64,000 nt of DNA. It comes from Priapulus caudatus. Taxonomy: Eukaryota. The DNA lies in NCBI RefSeq assembly GCF_000485595.1, contig NW_014577077.1, forward strand, positions 684,063-748,062, read 5' to 3'. Shown here in pieces: positions 14,287-25,786 of the stretch (positions within the stretch are counted from its first letter, which is position 1; each line of letters starts with the position of its first letter). Position numbers and translations under genes: made by a program. The notes under the pieces were generated by a model. The model was not told where the DNA came from and did not search any database. It saw only the letters and a list, made by a program, of their open reading frames with translations.

Positions 14287-15473
14287 CAGGGTCTCCAACC
14301 CTGTGAACTCCAAATGCGGAATGAAATTGATGGACAGCGGGGGGGGGGGGTGTAATTAACCTTGGCTGCCGCAGGCAGGCCCTGCGTGTCGTAGGCATGC
14401 CAGTTCTAGGGGGGTGTGGGGGCATGCCCCCCCAGAAAATTTTGAAATATTTAAGCCATTTTCCTGCAATCTGAGGCATACTGTGGGCCATATTCTCATG
14501 TCTGATGACACTATCTCAACCCTAGACTTAACCCTACAAGTTAGGATTCAAAACACTTTTTATGACTTTTCAGAGAGCGTACACAGAATTAGGTTACTAT
14601 AGTAATAATACATGTATTAAAACACAGGTAAGAATTGCAATTTCTCACAATTTCACGTGTTTTTGTATGTTTGCAACCATACTTTTTGGCTATTTGTGAG
14701 TCTGGAAACATTTTCTTGAAGAGTTCATTTGCATGGTCTGCTGCCCTCAAAGGCACATTGTGTTCAATTAAATAATTCGTAAATCTCACTTCTGCGTGAA
14801 GGCAGACAATTCTCTATCTGCTGCAAAGAAGCTTGATATATTGGGTGTAGATTCCTCTGCACCCGCATAGCACTTCTGCTGTTGAGAGACTATATATGCC
14901 TTTGGCAGTCACCCCTTCCTCCGTGCCCCACTTGAAAGTCTGTCTTGCATACCATGCAATAGCCATGATTAAAGCACTGAGTTTCGACTTCACAAGTACA
15001 GGCCACATCTGTGTATATTCGTTCCTGAATTTCTGTAAAAGTCGGGTTTTTTGGATGGCAATGGCAATTGGACGCCATTCTCCCCACGTGTTAATCTGAT
15101 TAGCAGACAAACTACGCGACACCTTGCAGACAGCGCCTGTCTGACTAGGCTGTTCCATTTACCGTACATGCCAGATACAAAATGCATAGAAACACATTAT
15201 AACACTGAGCGATGGTAGGGTGGGTGCAAAACTAATGGCAGAGCGTGCATTTCCAAGAAACGACTCGCGCAGTGACGGCTATTAATAAACTCGTGGCCAG
15301 TGCCAGGCACGGCTGTAAAAAAAAACAATTGTGTCAAGCGACATGGCGAACAATCAGTGCAAATTTCATACAGTGCAACTGAAATGAGGAATAAACCTTG
15401 CCGCTGCGGAGTGCGGAAATTAAGCCTAGAAATCGTAATAATTCCGCAGAATGCAGAATGGTTGGAGACCCTG
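14287..15473 (-). mobile_element. Internally deleted hAT-like transposon with transposase remnant (noisier copy 9014-10360)
   Basis: CTATAC|CAGGGTCTCCAACC...GGTTGGAGACCCTG|CTATAC. Minus-strand fragments YCMVCKTDFQVGHGGRGDCQRH (BED-like Zn finger) and EHNVPLRAADHANELFKKMFPDSQIAKKYGCKHTKT are typical of hAT transposase N-termini. Confidence 0.8.
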
Positions 15474-16794
15474 CTATACCCACACGTATTTGTTACCAGA
15501 TACCTAATTTAATTGTTACAATTAATTACACATCAACGCTACGAAATTTGAACGGCGACATGACACCGCGACCGTGCTGCCACCCGAAAAAGTGGCGTAT
15601 TTGACAATTTATTATGCGACGAGGGCTAATCACAAAAGTGCGATTATAATTTTATAAACTAAATGCTATTTAACTGTAACGATATTTTAGGGCAAATTTA
15701 TCCATATTATAACTGAAACTTATATTATGTCGTTTATATAGATATTACATCATTTTGCTTTTAAATAAATAAATAAGAAACCCTCGGTCTGTAGCCCTTG
15801 GCTGGAAAGTGGTTTTGCGCAACTTATCAGATCGTGCGCTTTGAGTGGCGCGCCACCGTCATTGTAATCAAACTGTAGTCGTTAGTTTTAAAACATTTTT
15901 TTTTAATATTTCTAATGGTGATTGAACCATGAAATTTTTATGTAGCATAATTATACCAAATTAGCTGAAATAACACCTAGAACCTAGAGTAAACTCTCCC
16001 TTTAAATGCATTCAATGTACAAGTGGCAGCTAAAATTGGTACCATCGTACTAATCGTACTAAAAATGACCTACTATGCTACAAATGACCTACTACGGTAC
16101 CGATGGTACTATCGCTACCCTGCGAACCCTGCCAAACAGGTGTCATAGCGCGAAGTGCCTAATGTTTGCTTTCATCAGCCGTAAACGTTTGCAACTTGAC
16201 GATGGAAATGACTAAAACCATGTTGATGTTCGAAGCTATAACTACATAATAAGAGTATCGATACAAAGTAAGTGTGAGGCAGATGGATGTACAATGCTAG
16301 TTTCTGCATCATTATCCACCGCACAAGTGTAGCGGAGGTATTGTTTTTGGCTCGTTTGTATGTGTGTGTGTGGTGATTCGCACTCCCCGAGTGCTTCCTT
16401 CTAGTTTTTTATTGGGTTCATGTAATAAATCATAGGTAAATTAGGGCATGGAAGTGTGAATTTCTTGTGGTTTGAGCGAGTCATACTTACGGACTGTCCA
16501 GTATAAAAGTAGAAATATTTGGCCCAAGGATTGAGACATGGGTACCAATAAACACGATGTGCCTAAACCTAACCCTTATTCTACCCTAATTCTAACCCTA
16601 ACTATTATATTGATATAAATATTAATATTTATATTGATGTAAATGACATTGTGTTTTATTGGGACCCATGTTATCTATCCTTGAACCGAAGTATTAATTT
16701 AATAATATATTACTGGCCAGCAGCAGGGTTGGATCCTGCCGCCACCAATCTGCTGGCCCAGCAGGGTTTGGGATAGCTGTCAACATTAACTTAC

Positions 16795-16985
16795 ATTGCT
16801 ATTGGTGCAAAAAGGATCCAGTGGAAGAAGGGCTGCACTCTGGAACACCACTTCACGGACTTGATCGTTTGTTCTCCGAAACGGGTGGTGTCTGGGGTAT
16901 CTGAAGTGCCAATCTGTTTGGCCGCCGGGACCTGAGCCTGAACTGGGCCTGTGGCGTTTGCACTTCTATGAACTCCAATAGCCAT
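16795..16985 (-). CDS. Candidate first coding exon of an unidentified gene divergent from CENP-O (second copy ~24657-24864)
   Basis: ATG at 16985 in GC-richer non-repetitive sequence, ending at a GTAAGT donor near 16795. Frame differs between the two noisy copies; product not recognised. Confidence 0.35.
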
Positions 16986-18763
16986 GTTACGCTATATTTA
17001 CTACAAATACATTATGAAACAGATATACGGCGTACTCGTCGATTAAAATATGTTCATAGTAAGGATAGCATAGGCGTAGAAGATTAGAAAACGACAAAAT
17101 TAAACGCCAAATACTTTCAGCCGCCTGTACTTGTTTCAAGTGGGGGCGCCTTCGCAGCAAAAACGTGTCGTTAATAATCTCTGGCATATACTGGAAGTAA
17201 ATTAAAACAAAATAATTGTCACAACAAATACAACAGGTTTGTATTTACTATTATTATTATTTAATATTTTAAAATAAAATATTATAAAGCTTTAATCTTT
17301 ATTGATCAAATAATAATAAGCATGTTGTTATAGTGATATCTATGATGATAAGTATAGTGCCCGGACGTGGTATTTTTTGCGACACTGTCATGGCGCGGGT
17401 AAAACGAAAGTTTTATTACTGTAGTACTAGTGTAGTACCAGGAGTAAGATAATAAGGATCTATATTATCTTACTCCTGCTAGTAGTAGTACTCCTTCTTA
17501 CGACTTTAGTAATAGTTTGAGAGCCACCTAATGACTTATACTTAAATGTGTTATCATATAGGCAGTGGCTACGGTAGCCGTATCTAATGTCTCGAGGTAC
17601 TGGGTACGGGAGTCATTCGCTTAACGAGACAAAATGACGGCGGTGGCGCGCAGATTTCGAAATAAACGCCTTGGGAAATAAAGTCACGATTTGAAAGTTT
17701 AGAGTATGGGCTAGAACTCTAACCCTAAACCTAACCCTAACCATAACCCTAAACCTAACCTAACCCTAACCCTAACCTAACAGCCTAACCCTAATATAAC
17801 CCTAACCTAAACCTAACCCCAAAAAAGGGGCTCAACGACGGATCGGCTACCGTACTCTAGCCACTGCGTATAAGGCAACATTATTAACACCAGTTGTCAT
17901 ACATGTTAATATTATATATTATTGTAATTTGTATTAATTTAGGTGGCTTATCAAATATTAGTATTACTAAAGAAGGGAGTACTAAACCAGTACACATTTG
18001 TGCTTGATTTGTGCATATATATGTGCTATGTGCATATGTGCATTAGGCCAAGGAGCTAAAAACATGTTATATTTAGCTCTTGCATTAGGCTAGGCCTATC
18101 ACAACCGGCATTAGCCAGCTAACTACACCGTAGCACGGAGTAAAGAAGGAGTGCATTGCCATTACTCATGAATTAGTAATACAGTGGCTGAATACAGCAC
18201 TGCTGCTGATGGGTACTGTAGTGTAGTCTGTACTGTTCAGATTGTATTACAATACATTATACTACAAATACATCGTATTACTAATGCATTACTAGTAATA
18301 CAACTAATACTGAATTAGTACTTGATGTAATTTACATCAGTCTTGACAATGTATGTTTGTGTTTCTGTACACTGGCACCTGGCAGCAGGATCAAGTTCGC
18401 CACCACAGTATTATGAGTGATATGAGTTCTGAGTGATATGTGTGTTATGAGTGATATGATGTGATATGAGTGATATGGTATTATGAGTTCCCATTCCCTT
18501 CTCCTTCTCTCTTCTCCCCTCTCCTTCTCCACCAGCTTCTACCCTCCTCTTTCTCAACACCTTCTCCCTTCCCCTTCCTCCTTCTCCCGCTTCTCCCCTC
18601 CTCCTTCTCCACACCTTCTCCTTCTCCCCTTCCTCCTCCTTCACCATCTTCTTCACAGCTGGAAGTGACGTCACGAACACGCGATTAACTCTGATTGGTA
18701 TAACACAAACACGTGATAAAATATGCGAATTTATCTCTGTACCGCCTGAATATAGACAAACCC

Positions 18764-19951
18764 TATAGAGTACGAAGATGTGAGTCACGTTGGCAAGAAA
18801 AGTACGGGCTGGTTTACACAAGCCACTGGCTCATAACATCAGGAGTAGATAATAGGGAGGAGTGTGAATCAATAAACAGAAATTCGTCATTTATCTAGCC
18901 TTATAATACTACGATTTACTACGCGTAACTCATCCAACTTGAGCTCAAATCGGACACAAAGTACATTCGCCATCATCGTACGAAATCGTTTCCTCGTAGA
19001 CACCGCAATCCGTAGATACAGCCTAAAACGTACGACACGATTCTCCATTCTCTGGCCATTAATCAACGCCATTGCGCGCCTATAATTCAGACAAAAGGCA
19101 GCAACCTGGCTGTGTTTGCTCTCTCACGATAGCTGACATGTGGCGTTGTGGGCTCGCAGGGAGATTGGAGATCGACGCAACACTCGATGAGCTAATCATT
19201 TGTTGGCGTGCGTGCATGAAGGCATGCCAGCTAATGTTACAAGGTGGCCTGTGTAGCTGTGTACGGGTCAAAGGTTATCTCGCGAGTGTTGATGCCTAAT
19301 CTCCAGCGAGCCCATGCCTCGCTCAGTTAGGCATAGGCGTTAGGTAGCTGCTTTTGTTGGAATTATAGGCGCGCATGGTTGGATGATGGCCAGAGAATGG
19401 AGAATAGTGTCGTACGTTTTAGGCTTTGTATCTACGGATTGCGGGTGTCTACGAGGAACATTTCGTACGATGATGGCGAATGTAATTGTGTCCGATTGAG
19501 CTCAAGTTGGATGAGTTAACGTGTAGTAAATCGTAGGTAATTGTAAGGCTAGTAAAATTTCCCTTGTTTATTGTGTACACTCCTTCCTATTATCTACTCC
19601 TGATAAATTAACTGCGTGAAAATGTTGTGCGCAACGTAAACACGAGTGTGTGCGCTGGACAGCGGTAAAGCATCGGTAGCAAAGTCGATCTTACAATATT
19701 TAATAAATTGAAAAAAAAAAAATGTTGTTAAATTTTAAAAAAAAAACTTTTTTTGTTGTTAATTTTGTTTTTTTCGTTGCTTTTCACTTCCATCCTTTGG
19801 AAATCTATAAAAACTGCATATGACTCTCAGAATGATGGTTACAATCGGGTACAAAACAGGACGCAGTTAATGTTACAGAGCATATGGATTGTGTAGAACC
19901 AGTAGGTTCGTTGTCATGCACCGTGACGCTCATCACGTTCGGTACTCTATA
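18764..19951. mobile_element. Outer inverted-repeat element hosting the family-A variant (copy 26694-27900)
   Basis: TATAGAGTACCGAAGTG..ACGTCACG...GGTTCTACACAA at the left end and its reverse complement at the right end; clearest in the 26.7-27.9 kb copy. Confidence 0.6.
18840..19602. mobile_element. Foldback family A variant (copy 26774-27548; partial copies 6576-6764 and ~10930-11562)
   Basis: CAGGAGTAGATAATAGG...CCTATTATCTACTCCTG with ~250-bp inverted arms. Flank ATAACAT on the left at 18833 and on the right of the 11562 copy. Confidence 0.8.
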
Positions 19952-19960
19952 CCTTAACGG

Positions 19961-20508
19961 CAGGGCTCGAATTAGCGACGAGAAGGGCAAGGCATCTTTT
20001 TCTAGGGCATGTGAGAAATCGCCTTGAATTTTCTCTAAAATAGAAAAGCCACCAAGGCACTCTCAAAAATTTTAGAAGGGCACCAAAGCACTTTTGTAAA
20101 TAAAATGGGGAAACTCATAACAAATTAGTACATCACATCGTCTTGCTTTTAATGTACAAAAAATATGCCCCCATGTAAGCTTACACCGTAACACTGACAC
20201 CCTGTACCCACCTCTCTAATGGAAGTACAGTAACAAGAAATTTTACCTGCGCCGCTATCAGGAGCAAATAATTATCCGATGCTGTTATTATTCCTCCTGC
20301 GACTATCGGTTTTTAGTCATTCATTGCAACTACAGCACGCACGCGCACGTGTTATGTTGTTCGACTAAAACAAAACTAGGGCAGTAAGATTAAAGGGCAC
20401 GATCGGCAAATTACACAAAAGGGCAAGGCAGGTGACTGCCGTCGTCGGGTTGGATTTTAGGGGCAGTACGGCAATTGCCGTCGGTGCCGTCGGTTAATTC
20501 GAGCCCTG
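19961..20508. mobile_element. hAT-type MITE, ~550 bp (copies 11927-12475, ~27910-28448)
   Basis: TIR CAGGGCTCGAATTA...TAATTCGAGCCCTG. 8-bp TSD CTTAACGG, exact on both sides of the 27.9-28.4 kb copy. Confidence 0.8.
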
Positions 20509-20509
20509 C

Positions 20510-20590
20510 TTAAACGGTGCAGTGGGTAATCGCTAGATCATCCGTCTCCTACACCGGGATTCGGGTTCGAGTTCTCAGCTGGGAACTTAT
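20510..20590 (+). mobile_element. tRNA-derived SINE head fragment (copy ~28450-28520)
   Basis: A-box-like CGGTGCAGTGG and B-box GGTTCGAGT; no complete cloverleaf. Confidence 0.45.
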
Positions 20591-20747
20591 TTTCCCTTTT
20601 CCTTTTTTCCCTTTACCTATATCTTTAGTATGTATTTTTAATTTTTAATTAATTTTTAATTTATTTATTTAATTAAATATTTTTTAAATTAATTAATTAT
20701 TTTTTATTTTTAATGTCTTTTATCTTTTGATTTTATTTTTTTTACTG

Positions 20748-20940
20748 TTGGGATGGCATGAGATGGCATGGCATGGGATGGCATGGCATGGCATGCGATG
20801 GGATGGGATGGGATGCGATGCGATGTGATGAGATGGGATGGCATGGGATGCGATGAGATGGGATGGGATCGGATATGGGATGGGATGGCATGGCATGGTA
20901 TGTAATGGGATGGATGCATGGATGCATGGATAGATAGATA
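20748..20940. repeat. (ATGGG/ATGGC)n pentamer repeat (copy ~28696-28886)
   Basis: Directly visible. Confidence 0.9.
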
Positions 20941-21560
20941 GTTAGATTTTTTTGGGTATTTTCCTTTCAACCAAGCGGTCACCAACTGAGTAACGCCACT
21001 GATTTCCCGCTAGTATATATGCATGTATATACACAAACACACACGGATCGGTCGACACACACACGTACGCATGCACGCACGCATGCACGCACGCATGCAC
21101 ACACACACACACACAGACAATAGAAGGTTCATTCAGGTTCAATTCACAGGTAATTCAGGTTGTAGAACACAACATAAGTCTCTCTGATTGTCAAATTGTA
21201 ACTTTGTCACTGTGTCAATTTTCTGTAGTTTATCAACTTACATGATCATTGCAAGCAAATTCATATTGTGAAAGCTTTCACATTAAATAACGACATTTAT
21301 AAATTGGCGATAGTCACTCTTTTTTTAAACTTTTTAGCAATTTTATTACCTCTGCCTTTGAAACTATTATAAATACTCTAATTTATAGTAGTAAAATGTT
21401 CCAAGGCTCAATTAAAGTATAGATGAGCGATGTAGATGCTTCGCTGGTTTAAATATCAATATCCTACCCGCCCTATAAATTTGAACTTGTATAGATATAT
21501 ATACATATACCTACTAATATCTGTATATACTCTATATATGGTTATTGTTTTCATGATTAG

Positions 21561-21700
21561 GTAAACCTAGCCAAACCTTTCAAGACCTACAAAGGCTTGA
21601 GGATGTGCACTTGCAGTTAGGTGTCTGGCAGCAGAAGGTAGACAGTCTTGCTCAGCAGAAAAGTGTACTGTTACACAAGTTGAAATTATTGAAGAAAAGG
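21561..21700 (+). CDS. CENPO: CENP-O-like exon (coiled-coil N-terminal part)
   Basis: TTAG|...AGG|GTATGT. Encodes KPSQTFQDLQRLEDVHLQLGVWQQKVDSLAQQKSVLLHKLKLLKKR and is phase-compatible with the next exon. Confidence 0.7.
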
Positions 21701-22001
21701 GTATGTGGTATATGTTCTACTATTAGGCATATGTTAAAACTAGAATGACTGTTGTTACTGCTGTTGAAAATTGCAATGCAACTTCTGACAGCCATGACAA
21801 AATTTCATTGGAAGGATTTTTGAATTTGTTTGTTTATTCACATCATTCCAAGTTAGATGTTAAACTGTTTTCAATTAAATGTGAATTATTTCATCAATAT
21901 AAAGTTCGTGTGCACTTTGCAATTTTAGTTTTTGTATTGTTTGAGGGCAAGTTAGTGGTTGCCTAGAATATCTTGTGTAATATAGATTTTTTAAATTTCA
22001 G

Positions 22002-22110
22002 AGAGCACCGGAAAATTGTAACGATGAGTGTTCCGGTTCTGAGGATAGTAACTCCGATGAATACTCATGTAAAAAAAATAAAACCGCTATTTTCGTCTAT
22101 GAATTGGCTG
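22002..22110 (+). CDS. CENPO: CENP-O-like exon
   Basis: TTTCAG|...G|GTAAGT. Encodes RAPENCNDECSGSEDSNSDEYSCKKNKTAIFVYELA(G); the end resembles AILQAYHFTG of human CENP-O. Confidence 0.75.
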
Positions 22111-22269
22111 GTAAGTATTGAAAATAACTATTATATAAAATCTTGGTCTGAATCAGAAAAATGTTATAATTCCATTATTTAATTAAATAAAAATACATTT
22201 GACATTTTAATTTTATATTGCTTACATATACGTGGGCACATTCCATGTCGTGTGTAATGTACTTTTTAG

Positions 22270-22361
22270 GTGTGAAAACCGAGGAACTTTCCAATAGAAA
22301 CACCATGTTGACGTTTAATACTGCATTCCAGAACAAATATTATGAACCATACTACTTGGAG
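22270..22361 (+). CDS. CENPO: CENP-O-like exon (start of RWD region)
   Basis: TTTTAG|...GAG|GTACGG. Encodes (G)VKTEELSNRNTMLTFNTAFQNKYYEPYYLE, similar to CVCISTAFEGNLLDSYFVD. Confidence 0.8.
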
Positions 22362-22584
22362 GTACGGAATTACTTAACATTCATTGAATAATTTCACGTG
22401 ATGTCAGTAAAGTGTGGAAATTAGAGTGTTTAGATACTTTATCAGTTAGTGAATTGAACCAATAAAGCATGAGCACATCACAAATTTGTGTAAATAGCAT
22501 ATGTAGTATGTGACAATCGGACTTGAGTATGCATGGATTTCTATCACACCAAATTAATGCATATTTTCGCATCTTTTTAAAAAG

Positions 22585-22755
22585 CTTTCAAGTGAGCTAA
22601 GAGTTTGCCATCATACATTGCCACCATTTGTGCCACTGCAAGTATTACTGGAGCGATACCTATACAGAGAAAAGAATGTTCAGCAATTCCTGTTTGAACT
22701 AAGCAACTACTTATGTTCATATGTAAGCAGGCGAGAACAAGTTAATGCACTGCAG
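22585..22755 (+). CDS. CENPO: CENP-O-like exon (core CENP-O motif)
   Basis: AAAG|...CAG|GTATGA. Encodes LSSELRVCHHTLPPFVPLQVLLERYLYREKNVQQFLFELSNYLCSYVSRREQVNALQ, matching the CENP-O/Mcm21 signature LRIHHHSVPVFIPL...FLFSLCEYLNAY.GR..Q. Confidence 0.88.
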
Positions 22756-25454
22756 GTATGAAAAAAGGTTTTGGGATGATATATAATAGTAGTATCATAA
22801 TTTAATTAAGGGGGGAAATCCAAAAAGATGTCCAGATGAAAATAGAGAGAAAGAGTCGGAATGGAATGCTTACTACTGAAATTTCAGGAAGAAACAAGAT
22901 GAGCAGTATCACTTGGACATTTTAAGCTGAATTTTTCCACAGTGTTGTCATTTAACTGTGTCACAGACGAATGTCATTCTTTCCTTTTAGGTTGTTTCAG
23001 CACTGCCTTATTGTTTTCATCACTTGAAATTACTAGAAGTGTAATTTTGACCAATATATGTACTGAAGAGTAATATTTATGTGAATTTTGACCATCCAGA
23101 GAGACCGGATACAAGATGGCCTTGCGCAAAAGATGCGTTGTTCCCCGACCGCCGAAAGCGGTTAAGCCGCGCACTTCCGCGGGACTGGGCGCACGCGACC
23201 GCCGGATGTATAGCTATAGCTCCCCGCTATACGCATTCGCGCGCCGAAGATACAGTGCAACTGAAATGAGGAATATAACCTTGCCGCTGCGGAGTGCGGA
23301 AATTAAGCCTAGAAATCGTAATAATTCCGCAGAATGCAGAATGGTTGGAGACCCTGCTATACCCACACGTATTTGTTACCAGATACCTAATTTAATTGTT
23401 ACAATTAATTACACATCAACGCTACGAAATTTGAACGGCGACATGACACCCGCGACCGTGCTGCCACCCCGAAAAAGTTGCGTATTTGACAATTTATTAT
23501 GCGACCGAGGGCTAATCACAAAAGTGCAATTATATTTATACCTAAATGCTATTTAACTGAACGATATTCATTTTAGGGCAAATTTATCCATATTATAACT
23601 GAAACTATATATGTCGTTTATAAGATATTACAATCATTTTGCTTTTAAATAAATAAATAAGAAACACCCTCGGTCTGTAGCCCTTGGCTGGAAAGTGGTT
23701 TTGCGCAACTTATCAGATCGTGCGCTTTGAGTGGCGCCACCGTCATTGTAATCAAACTGTAGTCGTTAGTTTTAAAACATTTTTTTTAAATATTTCTAAT
23801 GGTGATTGAACCATGAAACTTTTTATGTAGCATAATTATAACCTAAATTAGCTGAAAATAACCCTAGAACCTAGAGTAAACTCTCCCTTTAAATGCATTC
23901 AACGGTACAAGTGCAGCTAAAATTGGTACCATCGTACTAATCGTACTAAAAATGACCTACTATGCCGTACAATGACCTACTACGGTACCATGGTACTATC
24001 GCTACCCTGCCGAACCCTGCCAACAGGTGTCATAGCGCAAGCTGCCTAATGTTTGCTTTCATCAGCCGTAAACGTTTGCAACTTGACGATGAAAATGACT
24101 AAAACCATGTCTGATGTTCGAAGCTATAACTACATAATAAGAGGTATCGATACAAAGTAAAGTGTGAGGGCAAGATGGATGTACAATGCTAGTTCTGACA
24201 TCATTATCCACCGCACGAAGTGTAGCGGAAGGTATTGTTTTTGGCTCGTTTGTATGTGTGTGTGTGGTGATTCGCACTCCCCCGAGTGCCTTCCTTCTAG
24301 TTTTTATTGGGTTTCATGTAATAAATCATAGGTAAATTAGGGCATGGAAGTGTTGAATTTCTTGTGGTTTGAGCGAGTCATACTTACGGACTGTCCAGTA
24401 TAGAAGTAGAAATATTGGCCCAAGGATTGAGAACATGGGTACCAATAAAACCGATGTGCCTAAACCTAACCCTTATTCTAACCCTAATTCTAACCCTAAC
24501 CTATTATATTGATATAATATTATATTTATATTGATGTAAATGACATTGGTTTTATTGGGACCCATATGTTATCTATCCTTGAACCGAAGTATTAATTTAA
24601 TAATAATATTACTTGGCCCCAGCAGGGTTTGGGATACTGCTCAACATTAAACTTACCAATTGCTATTGGTGCCAAAAAAGGAATACACAGCTGGAAAGCA
24701 AGGGCTGCACTCTGGAACACCCACTGCCACGGACTTGGATCGTTTGTTCCTCCAAAACCGGGTGGTGTCTGGGGTATCTGAAGTGCCAATCTGTTTGGCC
24801 GGCCGGGACCTGAGCCTGAACCTGGGCCTGTGGCGGTTGCACTTCTATTAACTCCAATAGCCATGTTACGCTATATTTACTACAAATACATTATGAAACA
24901 GATATACGGCGTACTCGTCGATTAAAATATGTTCATAGTAAGGGTAGCATAGGCGTAGAAGATTCAGAAAACGACAAAATTAAACGCCAAATACTTTCAG
25001 CCGCCTGTACCTTGTTTCAATGGGGGGCGCCATTCGCAGCAAAAACGTGTCGTTAATAATCTTGCATCATACTGGAAGTAAATTAAAACAAAATAATTGT
25101 CCACAAAACAAAATACAACAGGTTTGTATTTACTATTAATTATTTAATATTTTAAAATAAAATATTATAAAGCTTTAATAACTTTATTGATCAAATAATA
25201 ATAAGCATGTTGTTATATGATATCTATGATAATAAGTAAGTGCCGGGACGTGGTATTTTTGCGACACTGGTCATGGCAGCGGGTAAAACGAAAGTTTATT
25301 ACTGTAGTACTAGTAGTACTAGTAGTACCAGGAGTAAGATAATATAGGATCCTATATTATCTTACTCCTGCTAGTAGTAGTACTCCTTCTTTACGACTTT
25401 AGTAATAGTTTGAGAGCCACCTAATGACTCATACTTAACTTGTGTTATCATATA

Positions 25455-25786
25455 GGCAGTGGCTACGGTTACGGTAGCCGTATCTTAATGTCTCGAGGCT
25501 ACGGGTACGGGAGTCCATTCGCTTAACGAGACAAAGATGACGGCGGTGGCGCCAGATTTCGAAATAACGCCTTGGGAAATAAATTCACGATTTGAAAGTT
25601 TAGATGAGCTAGAACTCTAACCCTAAACCTAACCCTAACCATAACCCTAAACCTAACCCTAACCCTAACCCTAACCCTAACCCTAACCCTAACCCTAACC
25701 CTAACCCTAATACTAACCCTAACCCTAAACCTAACCCCAAAAAGGGGCTTCAACGACCGACGGCTACCGTACCTCTAGCCACTGCG
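25455..25786. mobile_element. Small inverted-repeat element carrying (CCCTAA)n (copies ~17561-17868, ~2633-2918)
   Basis: TATA|GGCAGTGGCTA..GGTAGCCGT...ACGGCTACC..TAGCCACTGC.|TATA, with a telomere-type hexamer tract at ~25617-25740. Confidence 0.7.

Noticed and set aside
20510..20590. Functional tRNA gene (also 38665-38740 and 49515-49590)
   Set aside because: A/B boxes are present but there is no acceptor stem or cloverleaf; better explained as SINE heads.
25617..25740. True telomere or chromosome-fusion scar
   Set aside because: Short, single orientation, and embedded in a small TIR element.
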